Position numbers and translations under genes: made by a program
Notes under the pieces: generated by a model
Databases searched by the model: none
What the model was told of the DNA's origin: nothing
Seen by the model: only the letters and a program-made list of their open reading frames with translations
Shown here: piece by piece, positions 14,713 through 27,529 of the stretch
Layout of the letters: every line of letters begins with the position of its first letter
How positions within the stretch are numbered: the stretch's first letter is position 1
Source of the DNA: Rhina ancylostomus
Taxonomy: Eukaryota
Length of the DNA stretch: 64,000 nucleotides
Direction of reading: 5' to 3'
Assembly: GCA_030265395.1 (NCBI GenBank)
Contig: JARFYF010000084.1
Coordinates: forward strand, 74,600,065 to 74,664,064

Positions 14713-15204
14713 CAACCAGTGACCAGAAAGCACCTACCTTTGGGTTTTACTGGTATAGATGTTTAAACCAGAAATGGAAAGATTGACAGCTCATTTGTGT
14801 TTTTTTTAGTTGGCTCAATTTCAATTCTGTCAGAGGACCTAGTCAGTGAATTATCGGAAGTAGCTGAATTGCTCAGTTACTTTCACTATCAGGTACTGAG
14901 ATAACAATCTATAGGCAGTAAACTGAACTTTATACTTCATGGAAGCTTTGGATACATCCTTGCTGCTTCTAGTTACCCAATCTAGCTGCAAGCACTTGTG
15001 TACCCATGCAAGATCCTCTTAGGTGATCATATTAAATTCCAGGCATTAACTGTTATTAGTAGCTAGAACATGTGAAATATTTACCCTCTTAGTTAATATC
15101 ACAATAAATATATGGTCTTTACCCCATTGTTGCTTGCAGGAGTTTGCTGTGGACACTCTGCTATCATGGCCTACTTTACATGAGTAACTACACTTCAGTA
15201 GAAC

Positions 15205-15463
15205 AGCACATATAGTAGAGCTGCTATCTCACAGTTTCACATATCTGGGTTCGGTCCTGAAATCAGGTGTTGTCTGCGTGGAGTTTGCGTGTTCTCCCTG
15301 TGACTGGGTAGATTTCCTCCGGGTGCTCTGGTTTCCTCCCACATCCCAAAGACAGGCAGATTAGTAGGTTAATTAGATGCTAATTGCCTCACTTTTGAAG
15401 CAGATGATAGAACCCCGGGTGAGTGGGTTTTGATGGGAGTGTGGGAAGAATAAAATGGGATCA
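15205..15463 (+). mobile_element. HE1-type V-SINE
   Basis: gtggagtttgcgtgttctccctgtgactgggtagatttcctccgggtgctctggtttcctcccacatcccaaaga V-domain. Confidence 0.85.
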
Positions 15464-15726
15464 NNNNNNNNNNNNNNNNNNNNNNNNNNNNNNNNNNNNN
15501 NNNNNNNNNNNNNNNNNNNNNNNNNNNNNNNNNNNNNNNNNNNNNNNNNNNNNNNNNNNNNNNNNNNNNNNNNNNNNNNNNNNNNNNNNNNNNNNNNNNN
15601 NNNNNNNNNNNNNNNNNNNNNNNNNNNNNNNNNNNNNNNNNNNNNNNNNNNNNNNNNNNNNNNNNNNNNNNNNNNNNNNNNNNNNNNNNNNNNNNNNNNN
15701 NNNNNNNNNNNNNNNNNNNNNNNNNA

Positions 15727-16254
15727 GATGCTGGAACCTGGGGATACTGATACCTGGGGATACCTGGAACAAGATACTGAAGGAACTCAATGGATCAGGC
15801 AGCATCTGTGGAGGGAAATGGACAGTCACCGTTTCCGGCCAGTATAAGAAGGTGGAGGGAAGGGGTGGAGCAAGAGCTGGCAGCTAATAGATGGATCCAG
15901 ATGAGGAAGGGTGATTGGCAGATGGAGGAGTGGAGAGTGAGTACAACGACAGAAGAGACTGGGAGGTGATAGGTGGAGGTGACAAAGGGCTGCAGAAGAT
16001 GGAATCTGATGGGAAAGGAAGGTGGAGCATGGAATTAAACAAGAGGTGGAGAGGGCAGATAGGAACATTAGGGAGAGAGAACCCAGTGGGAGAAGTGTGT
16101 GGGTGATGGGAGATGGAGTGGGTGGAAGAGGAGCAAGAAACAGGGTGCTCAGGGCTGGGGTGAGTGTAGGAAGAAACAGGTAGACCAGGAAGAGAGAAAA
16201 AAGGGACAGGGGGGAGCAGTTTGCCTGAAATTGGAGAATTCGATGTTCAAAGCC
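15727..16254 (-). mobile_element. Penelope-like element 3' end: GIY-YIG ORF terminus plus terminal repeat
   Basis: Reverse strand encodes LNIEFSNFR (16221-16254), typical of the ORF end of vertebrate PLEs, then a pyrimidine-rich UTR and gactgtccatttccctccacagatgctgcctgatcc. Confidence 0.8.
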
Positions 16255-17179
16255 AAGTCCAAATCTTTCTTCAACCAAAGCCTATCTAGACGCACACATA
16301 TCTGGGCCAGATGCTGCCCAAGAACAAAAGCTATAACCAACTCAAAAACTACAACAACTAAAATGCCCACTGTGGACACTGTGGCAAGGCAAGGGTTAAG
16401 AGTGTGCAGGCAGAGATGGTTTGCAGTCAGTCTGCAGTCACCCATGCTGAGCAAGGTCCTTGAGAGCATAGCTCCTCTTTGTACAGCATGGGAGNNNNNN
16501 NNNNNNNNNNNNNNNNNNNNNNNNNNNNNNNNNNNNNNNNNNNNNNNNNNNNNNNNNNNNNNNNNNNNNNNNNNNNNNNNNNNNNNNNNNNNNNTTGCAG
16601 ACAGTCTGCAGTCACCCATGCTGAGCAAGGTCCTTGAGAGCATAGCTCCTCTTTGTACAGCATGGGAGCAGAGGTCACCAGGCACACCAAGACAAGGATG
16701 CAAACAAAGGACTGCAAGGCACACACTAACCATTGGACTATTACTTTACTTTAAGGTATTATTGGCCAGTAACACGTAGTTTCTATTGGTCATTAACACA
16801 TAAAATACCAATGATGTTCCATTAATATATGTATGCATATGAGGGATTCTAAGGTTGCCAAAGATTTTAATTGGTCAATATTTGTTTAAAAAGACAACTC
16901 TTGGTTGAAATTTTAGAATAGTTCGGTCACAGGGGCTGGACTGTTCTCCTTGTGCACAAGTAAAATGAAATGTGATTGAGAAACGAGCGCAAGTTGTTAG
17001 AGTCCAATTAATTGGCAACGACACCACCACTACCTCTCTGGGCCTTTTGATCATGTCCGCTGAATAAACTTGCTGTAACAAAAAAATTCAAACAGCCGGT
17101 TATGCTTTTTTAGCAACAGAAAGTGGTATGAACATGGGAGTCAGCAAGAACCAGTTGTAAGAAATGAATCAGCTAAAAC

Positions 17180-17405
17180 AAGGCAAAATGCAGCAGATGC
17201 AGGAAACGTGAAATAAAAGCAAGAATTCTAGAAATACTCTGGATCAAGCGGAAATCCTGGAGAGAGAAACTGAGTCAAAACCCTGCATCAGGACACAAAC
17301 ATTAATGCCTAAAACATTAAATTTCCTTTCTCCCTGCCCAATGATGTTGGCAGGTCTGTTAAGAGAGTTTCCAGAATTCTTTGCTTTTTATTCCACACTT
17401 CCAAG
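17180..17405. mobile_element. Inverted pair of Penelope-like terminal repeat remnants
   Basis: gcagatgcaggaaac..cctgcatcaggac followed by an inverse-oriented tttccagaattctttgcttttattcc. Confidence 0.6.
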
Positions 17406-18689
17406 GACAATAGAACACGATGGTTATGATTAATACCAAATCTAGAATTCACTGAAAACTTGCAAAAATATTTGCACTGAATTCCTCCTGGTGCATTGAT
17501 AAAATGCGCAATCAGTGACAGGGTTAAGTAAAATGGTTGTGCACCTCCAGAACAAGGCCCAACCACGTAACCAAGGTGAAGACCAACTCTTGCGGATTCA
17601 AACACCAAATGAATTCCAGTAATTCCTCACCACACCCCCAACCCCTGTTTGGGTGTCAGCTGATTCATGTTTCATTGCCCTGTGAATGAGGAAAGAGCAA
17701 AGCAGATTCACCATTGTGTAAGGGTACTTCCCCCACCACACTTAACACTATTATCTAATACAGCAGGCAAGTCTTCACTAGCATTCTCTTGACAAGAGAT
17801 GAAACTCAAGTGATTATAGGATGGAATGCCAGCCTACTGACACCATCAAACACAAAACTGGTGATTGAAAACTTGAGGGCGTCACTTGGTTCACTTAATT
17901 CAGTAATTAATCAGCTTTACAGAATAACCCCATGCTGTGCATGTTTGAAGGCATTTTCAAATACCTTAGCAACAGCCTTACAGCTTGGAATGTCAAACTC
18001 TGGGAGTCTAATACGCAGGACACTGCTGTGTTCAACCTAGGACAAAAATCCCAGGGGGCTTTGAAACATGCTCGTTTTTGGTCTCTTCAAACAGTTTTCA
18101 TTGCTTACATTTAAAAATAGTAAAATGGTTCTTTTTGAGCCTTCTTTACTAACGGTTAAGACGAATCAATCAGATCACAATAAGTGTGCTCTCTCTGGGA
18201 AGCCTCCACATTTGTGAAGTGGAGTTGGATTAGTGATCACTTTGTGGAATGGGTACATTGACCAACATACTGTAGTCTGCAACTAAATATAACTTAATTA
18301 CCCAAATGAATCTGTAGCCAAATCTAAAGGCTCTACCCACCTAAAAAAATGGACAAAACATCAGTACCTTAAACTCCCCACTGGTATTGCCAAAACAGTT
18401 AATGCCATGCTTACACTGGCACATTAACCCAATGGATCCAAAAGGCTAAATCACGTCTACTTACATAAGGGGAGGAAGGGAGTGCATTGCACTTGTGGAG
18501 TCTGCTCTTTCAGGATTGCAATTTCACAGCACTGGCACCACTGCAGCCCATGCACACCAGTATCGAGGCAGCACCCCACAAAATTACCGCAGTTACACAC
18601 AGCCTCAACTACTAGTTGAAATAGGCCCACTCGAAGCCTGGGATTGCGCTTGCAGCCAAAATTCTCACACCTTCCAAAGTCACTTTTAT

Positions 18690-18845
18690 TCTGGCTTGAT
18701 GCAGGGTCTCAACCTGAAATGTCAACAATTCCTCCGTGCAACCCCCCCCCCCCCAAACACCAATAGATCCTTCTCGACCTGATGAGTTCCTCCAGCAGAT
18801 TGATTGTTGCTCCAGATTCCAGCATCTGCACTCTCTTGTGTCTTC
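18690..18845 (+). mobile_element. Penelope-like terminal repeat with decayed hammerhead core
   Basis: cttgatgcagggtctcaacctgaaatgtcaac..gagttcctccagcag..ccagattccagcatctgca. Confidence 0.75.
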
Positions 18846-20328
18846 ATAAACTTATAACATTATCCCCATTTTTAACAAAGTTTCATTTAAAATCAAATCC
18901 ACATCTGCCACAAGATAGAATGGTCAGGTCTTGATACGTGTGAAGTATTTGTATAGTTAATCATTCATGTTGGGCCACAGAGCACGTTCTAAAGTGCATA
19001 GAACAGCATAGCTCACTGTTCCACCCTTCATCACAAGGCATGCTAATTATTATAATGCAGACTCAGCGATCACATTGGATTGACAGAAGCAAGAGATGAA
19101 TACGGGACACTTACTGGGTTACTGTTCTTGCCACTGCTGGAGGACATCATGGGCCATGGTTATTTAGACTGGGGTGTAGAAAATAACATTTCTTCACAGC
19201 AGTAGGAACTCGGGGGGAGTGGGGGGGGGAGCGACTGACATGCTCTCTTCCCTCTTTCTTCCCTCCCATCTCCTCCAGTCAAGAAATAAAACACAAAGTA
19301 GCAACTCATGTTGTGTAAAGGAAAATGAAGTCCAAGTTGGGCCACACGATCACAGAAGCATACAAAGTTACTTTTATTTTTATTTCTACCTGGTGAATAA
19401 TCCAAGAAAGCAACATTAACAGATTTTCAAGATGTTTCAGTTACTCCCACCACAGAGAGCAGCTGTTCCATTTTAGTGTTTCAATTAATAAATATGTATG
19501 GTTAACTAGCTCTAAGTTACTTGGGTTTGTTGATATCGGTTCAATTTTTAATCTGTATGGATTTAGGTCAATGAAAGAGACAAAATACTTTCAAACAAAT
19601 CGACAATTCGCTGACATTTTCAGAGCATTAAGAATCCAAAATGCACAACTCTTCCTTCGGCATCTATAATGGTAACAATCCTGCTTCACTCAAATCGGTT
19701 TACTTTACAGACCTTTCCTGCCTTTCCACAAATTATACCCAAGTCTCAAATTGGGCGTAATGTTAGTGGCCCAATTTTTAAATTGGGCACAAACTTACTG
19801 GCCCCAAAACATGGATCAAGAGTAATGCTGAATCTATTGCAGCTGGCAATTATAATGACAAAAATCATCATTTACACTGGAACAACTTCTGAAGCGTGTA
19901 CAAAATGAAATACAGATATGCAGATGTTGCTTAGTGAATCCCTGTTCCTCCCCCCTTCGGGGAATACACTTCTGCAATCACCTCCAGGACAACCAAACAT
20001 AGTTCTTGGTATATAAATGCTGAGAATATTACACCTTTGTTAATGCAATGTGATTAAATATTTAATGACATACAAAGCCATATTTTCTCTTCCCTCAATT
20101 ATTTCAAAATGACATGTAATTTAAATGTTACAATTCTTTTTATATATATATGGGATATCTTAGCTTCCACCTCATTCCTACAGAGCAGTATTTCATGCAT
20201 TTAAAAAAGCAGTTTACTTCCAAGTTTGCTGTGAGCATTTTTTCATGCAATTCTTCAAGCTGTCTGATGTCACTGTTGCTGTAAAGCGGAGGCCCTGCAA
20301 GTCCCACCCCACTGCACCCCCACCTCAA

Positions 20329-20340
20329 GCTGACGTCAGC
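20329..20340. promoter_or_regulatory. Perfect palindromic CRE (GCTGACGTCAGC) beside CACCC boxes
   Basis: 12-bp palindrome containing TGACGTCA with its CpG retained in a CpG-depleted background; CACCC motifs at about 20303-20320. Function inferred. Confidence 0.4.
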
Positions 20341-20713
20341 CAACGAATGACATTGAAAAGCAGAAACTCACACCACAAAGATCACTAGATCTCTGTGGGT
20401 AGCCTTTATCAAGCCTGGAGGCAATGTAGTTGCATCACCGCTGACATTAAAGTGCATAATTTTAGGTGGCACAACTGCCACCTCAAAGCATCGTCATTCT
20501 CAGGTATACAAGACACTCTTTGCCTTTAGCAGCAAGAAACAATGTGTGTCAGTATCCCTTCAGATAAGTCTTGAGGCCTGGCCTAACTGGGACACAAATG
20601 TAGTTTAATCAAAAGGAGAGAATAATTCCTGCTTCATCAGTAGTCCAGTTCTGTGAAAAGGACCCAGGTACAAAAATGAAAATAATCCTGGGACAACACA
20701 ATCCTGACAAAGG

Positions 20714-20866
20714 AGACACAAGAGACGGCAGATGCTGGAATCTGGAGCAACAAGAGGAACAAACTGGAGGAACTTTGCGGGCTCAGCANNNNNNNNNNNN
20801 NNNNNNNNNNNNNNNNNNNNNNNGAAATTGTCGACATTTCAGGTCAAAATCCTGCATCAGGGCCGA
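20714..20866 (-). mobile_element. Penelope-like terminal repeat with decayed hammerhead core
   Basis: Reverse strand CTGATGCAGGATTTTGACCTGAAATGTCgac..ccagattccagcatctgc. Confidence 0.75.
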
Positions 20867-23039
20867 TTTTCAATCAATGATTTTATCATTCAAAATTGTT
20901 TTTACTGCTGTTACTATTGCGAAAAAGAAAGCCCCGCTTCTGTGAGAACAACAACTGCATTAGCCTTTAAAGCATTAGTTTTGAGACAATGGTCAACAGT
21001 TACAATGGCAATAATTGAGAATATATTCCACTCCCTAGAACAGCTTCTGGTAAAACAGTCATGTCCCAATTTGCATGCTACGGCAAATGATAGGTAACCT
21101 CACCTAAAACACAAGATGAAAACTTGGGAACCATCAGTGGTTTAAAAATTTATTATTCCAAATCTAAATATCAGCTTGGATGAACTGGATTTTGAGTTAG
21201 TGAATTCAAAGGGAATTTATCATTGTCAGGGCTCTGGTCAACATACATCCCTTAGCCAAACCCAAGCTGATTATCTAATTCATTCATTCACTTACTGATT
21301 ATGGGGACTGCTGCTCACAGCTTGACAGTGTGTTGTTGATTGTGACTGTCCACTAATTGTAAAACTGTTGGAAGCATCACGAAAGGGTGACATGGCACTA
21401 CATAAATGCAAGTTTTTTCCTCCTCACAGAAAACTGACAAGTCACTTAAACAGTTGTCATTTTAATACAGTGTGGCAGGAGAACAAATGTTTCTTGCAAC
21501 CCTCAATAACAACAATTTGAACACAAACACCACCTGGAACATAAAAGGGACTCGTGAGGCACTTCACAAATAGCACTAAAGAGAACAGACTAAGCTGTGA
21601 ATGAAGGTACCAACAGAGATAAAACCCAAGAAGAAAAAGAGGATTATGGAACATTTTAAAATGACCTTCACTTTAGGGATCGCAACACTTCCATTGATTT
21701 GTAAAGCAAAAAGCTCATTTTCAGTCATAACTAATCTTAAATTAATCATTCAACAACTATTGATACAAGTGCTTGGAAATTCATCTCTGGTTGATGGTGC
21801 CAAATGCACCATCAGCATTGTGTTGTACTTTGTCTCCAAAATTCATTGCAATGGCCCAAAAGACAAGTTGATGCTACTACACAGTGCATTTGGTGCTTTT
21901 CTTGAGGGATGAGAATTTCCAGGCAAGGGAATGGAATATAGAACAACTCCTCGCAGTAGCCTAAGGGGCATGAACAAGTTCACTGGCATTTTTGTTTGTT
22001 AGAAGCAAGAATAATGCATGCAAGACTTCTGAATTTTAATGAAGATAGAATTATTATATTGCAGGTAATTTTTCATTCCATTAATTATATGCAGTCTCAA
22101 AATACTCTAGGAATCCAGGCCAGGTTTGACAGGTCTTGAGACAACCACATACTGGATACAGATAAATGTTACTTTGTTAGGCAAGCATATCACAATGTGC
22201 AAGAAACATGCCAAAGTGAAGTTGCGTTGTGGTCCAGCCATGCTCCAACAGACTGGTGGAAGAGGTGAATGGATATTGAAGAGTTTACAGTCTTTCTATT
22301 TCCATCACGACTTAGGGGTTCGAGAGTTACTAGTCCCAAGCATTACACTGGTATCCAACTTAACACTCTCCCACTGATTTAAGCTCAACAGGCAGAGCAA
22401 TGGCATTAATCATGCCAGCAAGGATTCAGTCCTTCGCCCTGCATCTCAGCACCAAGCAGCCAGACAGCTTTCCCCAGACTGCCCAATACCAGCCTTTCCA
22501 CATTGCGCCACAGGCAAATCATTACTGAGGGAGCAAGAGCGAAGGGCAGGGGCCCACACCAAGTTTCCAGCACAACAGCACTGTCATTAACACACGTCTT
22601 ACATATAATGCAGAGAATACACTTTCAGTCTTGTTCCTGGGAACATATCCCAAGCGCTGAGCAAGGTTCTTCCAACGTACTATGTGATTTATGTATTGTA
22701 ACTTTCATTTAACCTTCTAGATGGAAAACCACATTCACCAAGCTGTACCAACAATGTTTAAAATCCCAATCCCTCCACCAACACACACTGCCTACAGTGT
22801 ATCCACAACAACCGGGAGGGTGACAGAGCAAATCTGCTGGAGTGATGGGTCATCTATTAAGGATATTCGAATGAAGATTACATCCTTAACTGTCAAAATC
22901 GATTTACAGAAGGACAGGCAAAGTCACTGGGTCCAGCAGTTAAATGCTGTTAGGACAACATGGACACCAAGTGCAGCAGCCCAGATCCCCAAAGCCCCTC
23001 CCACAAACCTTGTGTGCATCGATCTAATCTCCGTCCAAG

Positions 23040-23200
23040 CTGTCTGCTGCCTCACAACTCTAGTGACTCACGGTCAATCCCGACCTCTGGTGCCATCAGT
23101 GCACAGTTACCACATTCTCTGTGGATTTCCCCTGGTGCCCACATGTCCTCCCACATTTTTGAAGACATGCAAGTTGGTAGGTTAACCCTCTCGTGTAGAT
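23040..23200 (+). mobile_element. Decayed HE1-type V-SINE
   Basis: gctgtctgctgcctcacaactctagtgac head and tcctcccacattttgaagacatgc. Confidence 0.6.
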
Positions 23201-23231
23201 GAGCAGTAAAATGATGTGAAGAACCATGGCA

Positions 23232-24130
23232 AAGCAAACAGTTAATAGCAGGACCCTTAACAGCATTGATGTACAGAAGGATCTTGGGGTCAAAGTCCAT
23301 AGCCCCCTGAAAGCAGCCACACAGGTAGATAGGGTGGTAATGAAAGCGTATGGCACACTTGCCTTCATTAGTTGAGGCACCGAGTTCAAGAGCCGGGAAG
23401 TTATGCTGCAGCTTTATAAACTCTGGTTAGGCTACATCTGAAGTACTGCATTCAGTTCTGGTCACCCCATTACAGGAAGGATGTGGAGCCAATAGAGAGG
23501 GTTCAGGAGAGGTTTACTAGGATGCTGCCTGGATTAGAGAGGGCATGTGCTACAAGGCAAGGCTGGAGAAACTTGGGTTGTTTTCTCAGGAACGGCGGGG
23601 CTGAGGGGAGACCTGATAGAAGTTCATAAAATTATGAAAGGCATAGATAGATAGCTGGTATCGTTTTCCTAGGGTCAAAATGTTTAATACCAGGGAGTAT
23701 ACATTTAAGGCTAGAGGGAGAAAATCCAAAGGAGATGTGTGGGGCAAGTTTTTTTTAAAAAGTGGTGGGTGCCTGGAATGCACTGCCGGGGTGGTGGGGG
23801 AGGCAGATACAATAGAGGCTCTTAGATGGGCATATGAATATGCAGAGAATTGAGGGATATGGACCACATGCAGGCAGAAGGGATTAGGAATCATTAGCTT
23901 AATTAGTTCATATATCACTGCATCATGAAGACTATAGAGGATCCCTGGTTACGGCAGGGTTTTGCTCCTGTGAATTGCTCGTAAACCAAACAGTTCGCAA
24001 ATGAGAAAGGCGACCACAAACTGAATTCCCACACGGCAGAAGATGCCTGCAGCAACCAGTAAAACCATCCCACCGGTCTCCCAAAATGGGCTGAAGGGCC
24101 TGTTCCTGTGATGTACTGTTCCATGTTCTA
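23232..24130 (+). mobile_element. CR1-clade LINE 3' fragment; tail interrupted at 23907-24088
   Basis: RDLGVKVHSPLKAATQVDRVVMKAYGTLAFI and YCIQFWSPHYRKDV peptides; the tail gggctgaagggcctgttcctgtgatgtactgttcc resumes after the insert. Confidence 0.9.
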
Positions 24131-24809
24131 AGGTGGACAGAATAAATGGGATTGGTGAAAAATCATTGTAAATGGGTGACTGATGATTGGCGCAGACTCA
24201 GTAGGCAGAAGGGCCTGTTTCCGTTCTGTATGATACCAAGACACTCTCTCTTTCTCTCTACTGGGCACCAAGACCCCACCATACTAATGTCTTCTCCTAA
24301 CTGTCTCTCAGCCTCACCAGTTTCGAGGCAAGAAAACATTGAAAACCGTTCATGTAGTTCCGCCATTCCATTGGACAATGTCCCTAAATATCATGCAATT
24401 CCAGGTTTCCTGGCTGTCCTCAGGCTGCCACTTCCACCACAAACATTCCGGGTTTGTCTCCATAACAGAGACATTGTAACCAGTTTCACTGTACATTCAC
24501 CCACAGTCAGTCACTGGCATTTCATATTAACCAGACCATAAGCCAACAGCTTGAAAGCAAAGGCAAGTCCCAATCAAATGTTACACCTGCATCTACTGCC
24601 AAGGAGAGTCAACAAATTTGTTGCCTGTAAATGGCTGAACAATGGCAGCAGGTAATCTTTTGTCAACAACATCTATTTCGCAGAACAAATTTATCATGCT
24701 CTAAATTATTGTGGGACATTTGCCTTGTAGTTGGACTCAGTGTAGATCAAGCATACTTCACAGGACATCAATGGAATATTCATATATCACTGCATCATGA
24801 AGACTAAAG

Positions 24810-25026
24810 AAGGTCCCCTGGTTACGGCAGGATTTTGTTCCTGTGAATTGCTCATAACCCAAACAGCTCACAAATGAGAAAGGCGACTGCAAACCGAATT
24901 CCCATATGGCAGATGATGCCTGCAGCCCTGCAGCAACCAGTAAACCCATCCCACCGGTCTCCCAAATGCTTGTTTGTGTGCATGGGCTGTACATAAATTG
25001 GGCATTCGTAAACTGAGGAGGACCTG
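24810..25026. mobile_element. Tigger/Tc1-mariner-like MITE (decayed)
   Basis: Imperfect TIRs aggtcccctggttacg ... cgtaaactgaggaggacctg. Confidence 0.6.
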
Positions 25027-25454
25027 CCCTTGGAACTTTTACTTCATCTGTAAAAATCCCACAGATCATCAACCCGCAAAAGGCTCTTATTCAAGAGAAT
25101 TTACCTCCTTTGTTGAGCCTGAATGCAAAGGCTCAATGGCGCTGCATTTGAGGGAATGTGGTAAGAATCCACTATGACCTCTGGGCACTATGCCATAATT
25201 AATGGTTAATTGTTGGGCTATGCATATTGCTCAGGACACAAAGGTTTAGCATCACTAAAGGCCATATTTATGTAAATATCTTTTCCACTATAAGCTCGTT
25301 ATAAAGTGTTGAAAGTGCAAATTATAACAATTACAGTCTTGCATACAAAATGCTGCCACTGGGGTTACTGATGCCTCTGGGCTCTTGCTCGGACAATGCT
25401 GCCTTACATGGGGGGAAATAAAAGATCTGCAAGTCCAGGCAACAGCTTTACTTG

Positions 25455-25760
25455 CTTATTAGGATGGTCACCTTTGAATTAAATGATTCAGAGTTCAAAC
25501 TCCACGTCAACAAGTGCCATCTTTCAGACAATACATTGAACAGAAAGAGCTCATCTGACCTTTAAGATGGATGAAAAAGCTTCCACCATACTATTCAAAG
25601 TGGAGTACACAGTGTTCTGTAATAACATGGACAACAGATCTTTATCACATGGCTATTTATGGAACCTCTATTTGACAATATGGACAATAAGTGCATTTCA
25701 AAAATAATTAATGCGTCTTATCTGGAAAATGCCTCATGTTTAGGCAACAAGCTATAATAA
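25455..25760 (+). mobile_element. Ancient Deu-domain SINE remnant (similar remnants near 15020, 21230, 37400, 38620)
   Basis: gtgccatctttcagac..cattgaacaga..atctgacctttaagatggatgaaaaag..actattcaaag resembles the recalled Deu domain of AmnSINE/SacSINE. Confidence 0.5.
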
Positions 25761-27299
25761 TAAGTGCCAGCACACTGTGTGGAGCTTATAGCTGATAGAG
25801 ATGCTGAGACACTTGTGGATGCACTTAAGTTTGTCGTGAAACAATAGATATGGGTGGATTAGTGCTAAAGATTTCTCTACAACTGAAAGACAGTCCAACT
25901 AGGGCAAACACAACGTGCTGAATATAAAGTTTCCTACAGAGCTTTGGGTCCTCCGTATGCTAATGATTGTTTGTTGTTGCTCCATCATTGTCAAAAGAAA
26001 CATATACACTAACTTGCCAAATGGCCTAAAGACTAACAGTGAATTACGATCCAGCTCCTGGGAAACCACTGAAAGAAATGCAGGCCGGACAGTTGAAAGA
26101 TGATTTATACTCAAATTCTAACTAATCAAACCTATTCCTCCAGAGAACTTGGCAATTTTTGTCTCAAATTTCCAGCAAACAACCAAGTAGCGTAGAGAGC
26201 CTTTAGCAAGGGAAGAGAAACTCACCCCACAAGCTTGGGGACTTCAGATAAAAGCAAACAACAGGCACTGCCTGTGCTGAATGTCATCATGACATTTTTT
26301 AAGCTGGTGGCTCACCTGGAATCCATCAAGCACAGAGATACTCCTGCAGAAGCACTTTTATTACTTGATTTACTGCAATAATTTTTTTCTCTACTGAAAG
26401 TACTTCCAAAGTTGTGCTCAATGGGTCTGGATCTGCTTGGCGACAGGACACTGCAGGTGGCAATCGGTGCTGGGACGCTGGCTATTTACCAATCAAATTA
26501 ATGACTTTAGATGCAAGTGCTGAGACAAATATATACCATTTTAGATGATAGCAAAATACATACAGTGGACAGTAATGTAAAAGATGCTCGCCTAATGCAC
26601 AGACCTTGAAATATTATGACAACAGTGACTTGTAAAACTCAATGTACTTCACAGGTATATTACCAAATAAAATTTGCCACCGAAACACAATGAGCTATTA
26701 CAGCAGACGACAAAGAAGGAAGTTTCACAAATAGTTGGTAGGGGGATAGAGGGGCAGAGGTTTCAGGAAGGAATTTCAGAGCTGAGGGCCCAGCAACACA
26801 AAGTACAGGTACCAATGTTGAGGCTAATATACATATATATGGGCAACAGGAGCAGCAAGATTTCAGAGATGTAGGAAGAAGGGCACTGACATTTTGTGAA
26901 TGGTGTTTACATTTGAAAACTGTAGTGTTTACATCTGTGAGCAGATAAAACACCAAATGAACTTGCACTACAGGAAACAGAACTAAAATGAGTGATTAAA
27001 AAAGATCTCCCAGCAGGAAGATTAGAGAGAGAGATGGCTGAGGCTCCTTTTGAAAATTCACATAAAACAAAGTCTTTAAAGCAACAGTATAAGTTGATAA
27101 ATGTGTTGAGATGAAAAAAGACTGTACAGGATGCTTGCTTTTATAAATAGAGGCAGAGTACAAAAGCAAGGATGCTATGCTAAGTCATCACAAATCACTG
27201 ATTATACCTCAACTGGAGTATCATGTCAAAGTCTAGAGAGTAAACTTTGGAGATGTTGTTAAGATGTGTGGTGCAGAGAGTTCCAGGAGAATTTTAAAT

Positions 27300-27388
27300 T
27301 ATAAATTTTATTTACAGCGTGGTAACAGGCCCTTCTGGCCCAACGAGTCCGCGTCGCCCAAATTAACCTACCCGTATGTCTTTAGAAT
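27300..27388 (-). mobile_element. 3' part of a short, young V-SINE subfamily
   Basis: Reverse complement of the tail at 31440-31520 (ggactcgttgggccagaagggcctgttaccacgctgtaaataaaattt). Confidence 0.75.
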
Positions 27389-27529
27389 TATATGAGGGAA
27401 GGATGGCTTTAGTTTTGTGGAAAGACAAGATGATCAGGCAGTTGTCAAAAAATAGTGATGGTTATGTGAAGCTTAAAAATGCTAGAATTAGTTTTAAGGT
27501 CCTGTTATTAGCAAACAGAGGCTGGATCA

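Noticed and set aside
16421-16668. 74-bp direct repeat (16421-16494 and 16595-16668) producing apparent 194-226 aa ORFs
   Set aside because: The copies directly flank a gap of exactly 100 N and differ by one base, typical of unmerged overlapping contig ends; the ORFs are inflated by N.
17004-17015. 12-bp palindrome CCAATTAATTGG
   Set aside because: Several 12-bp palindromes are expected by chance in an AT-rich 64-kb window, and there is no supporting context.
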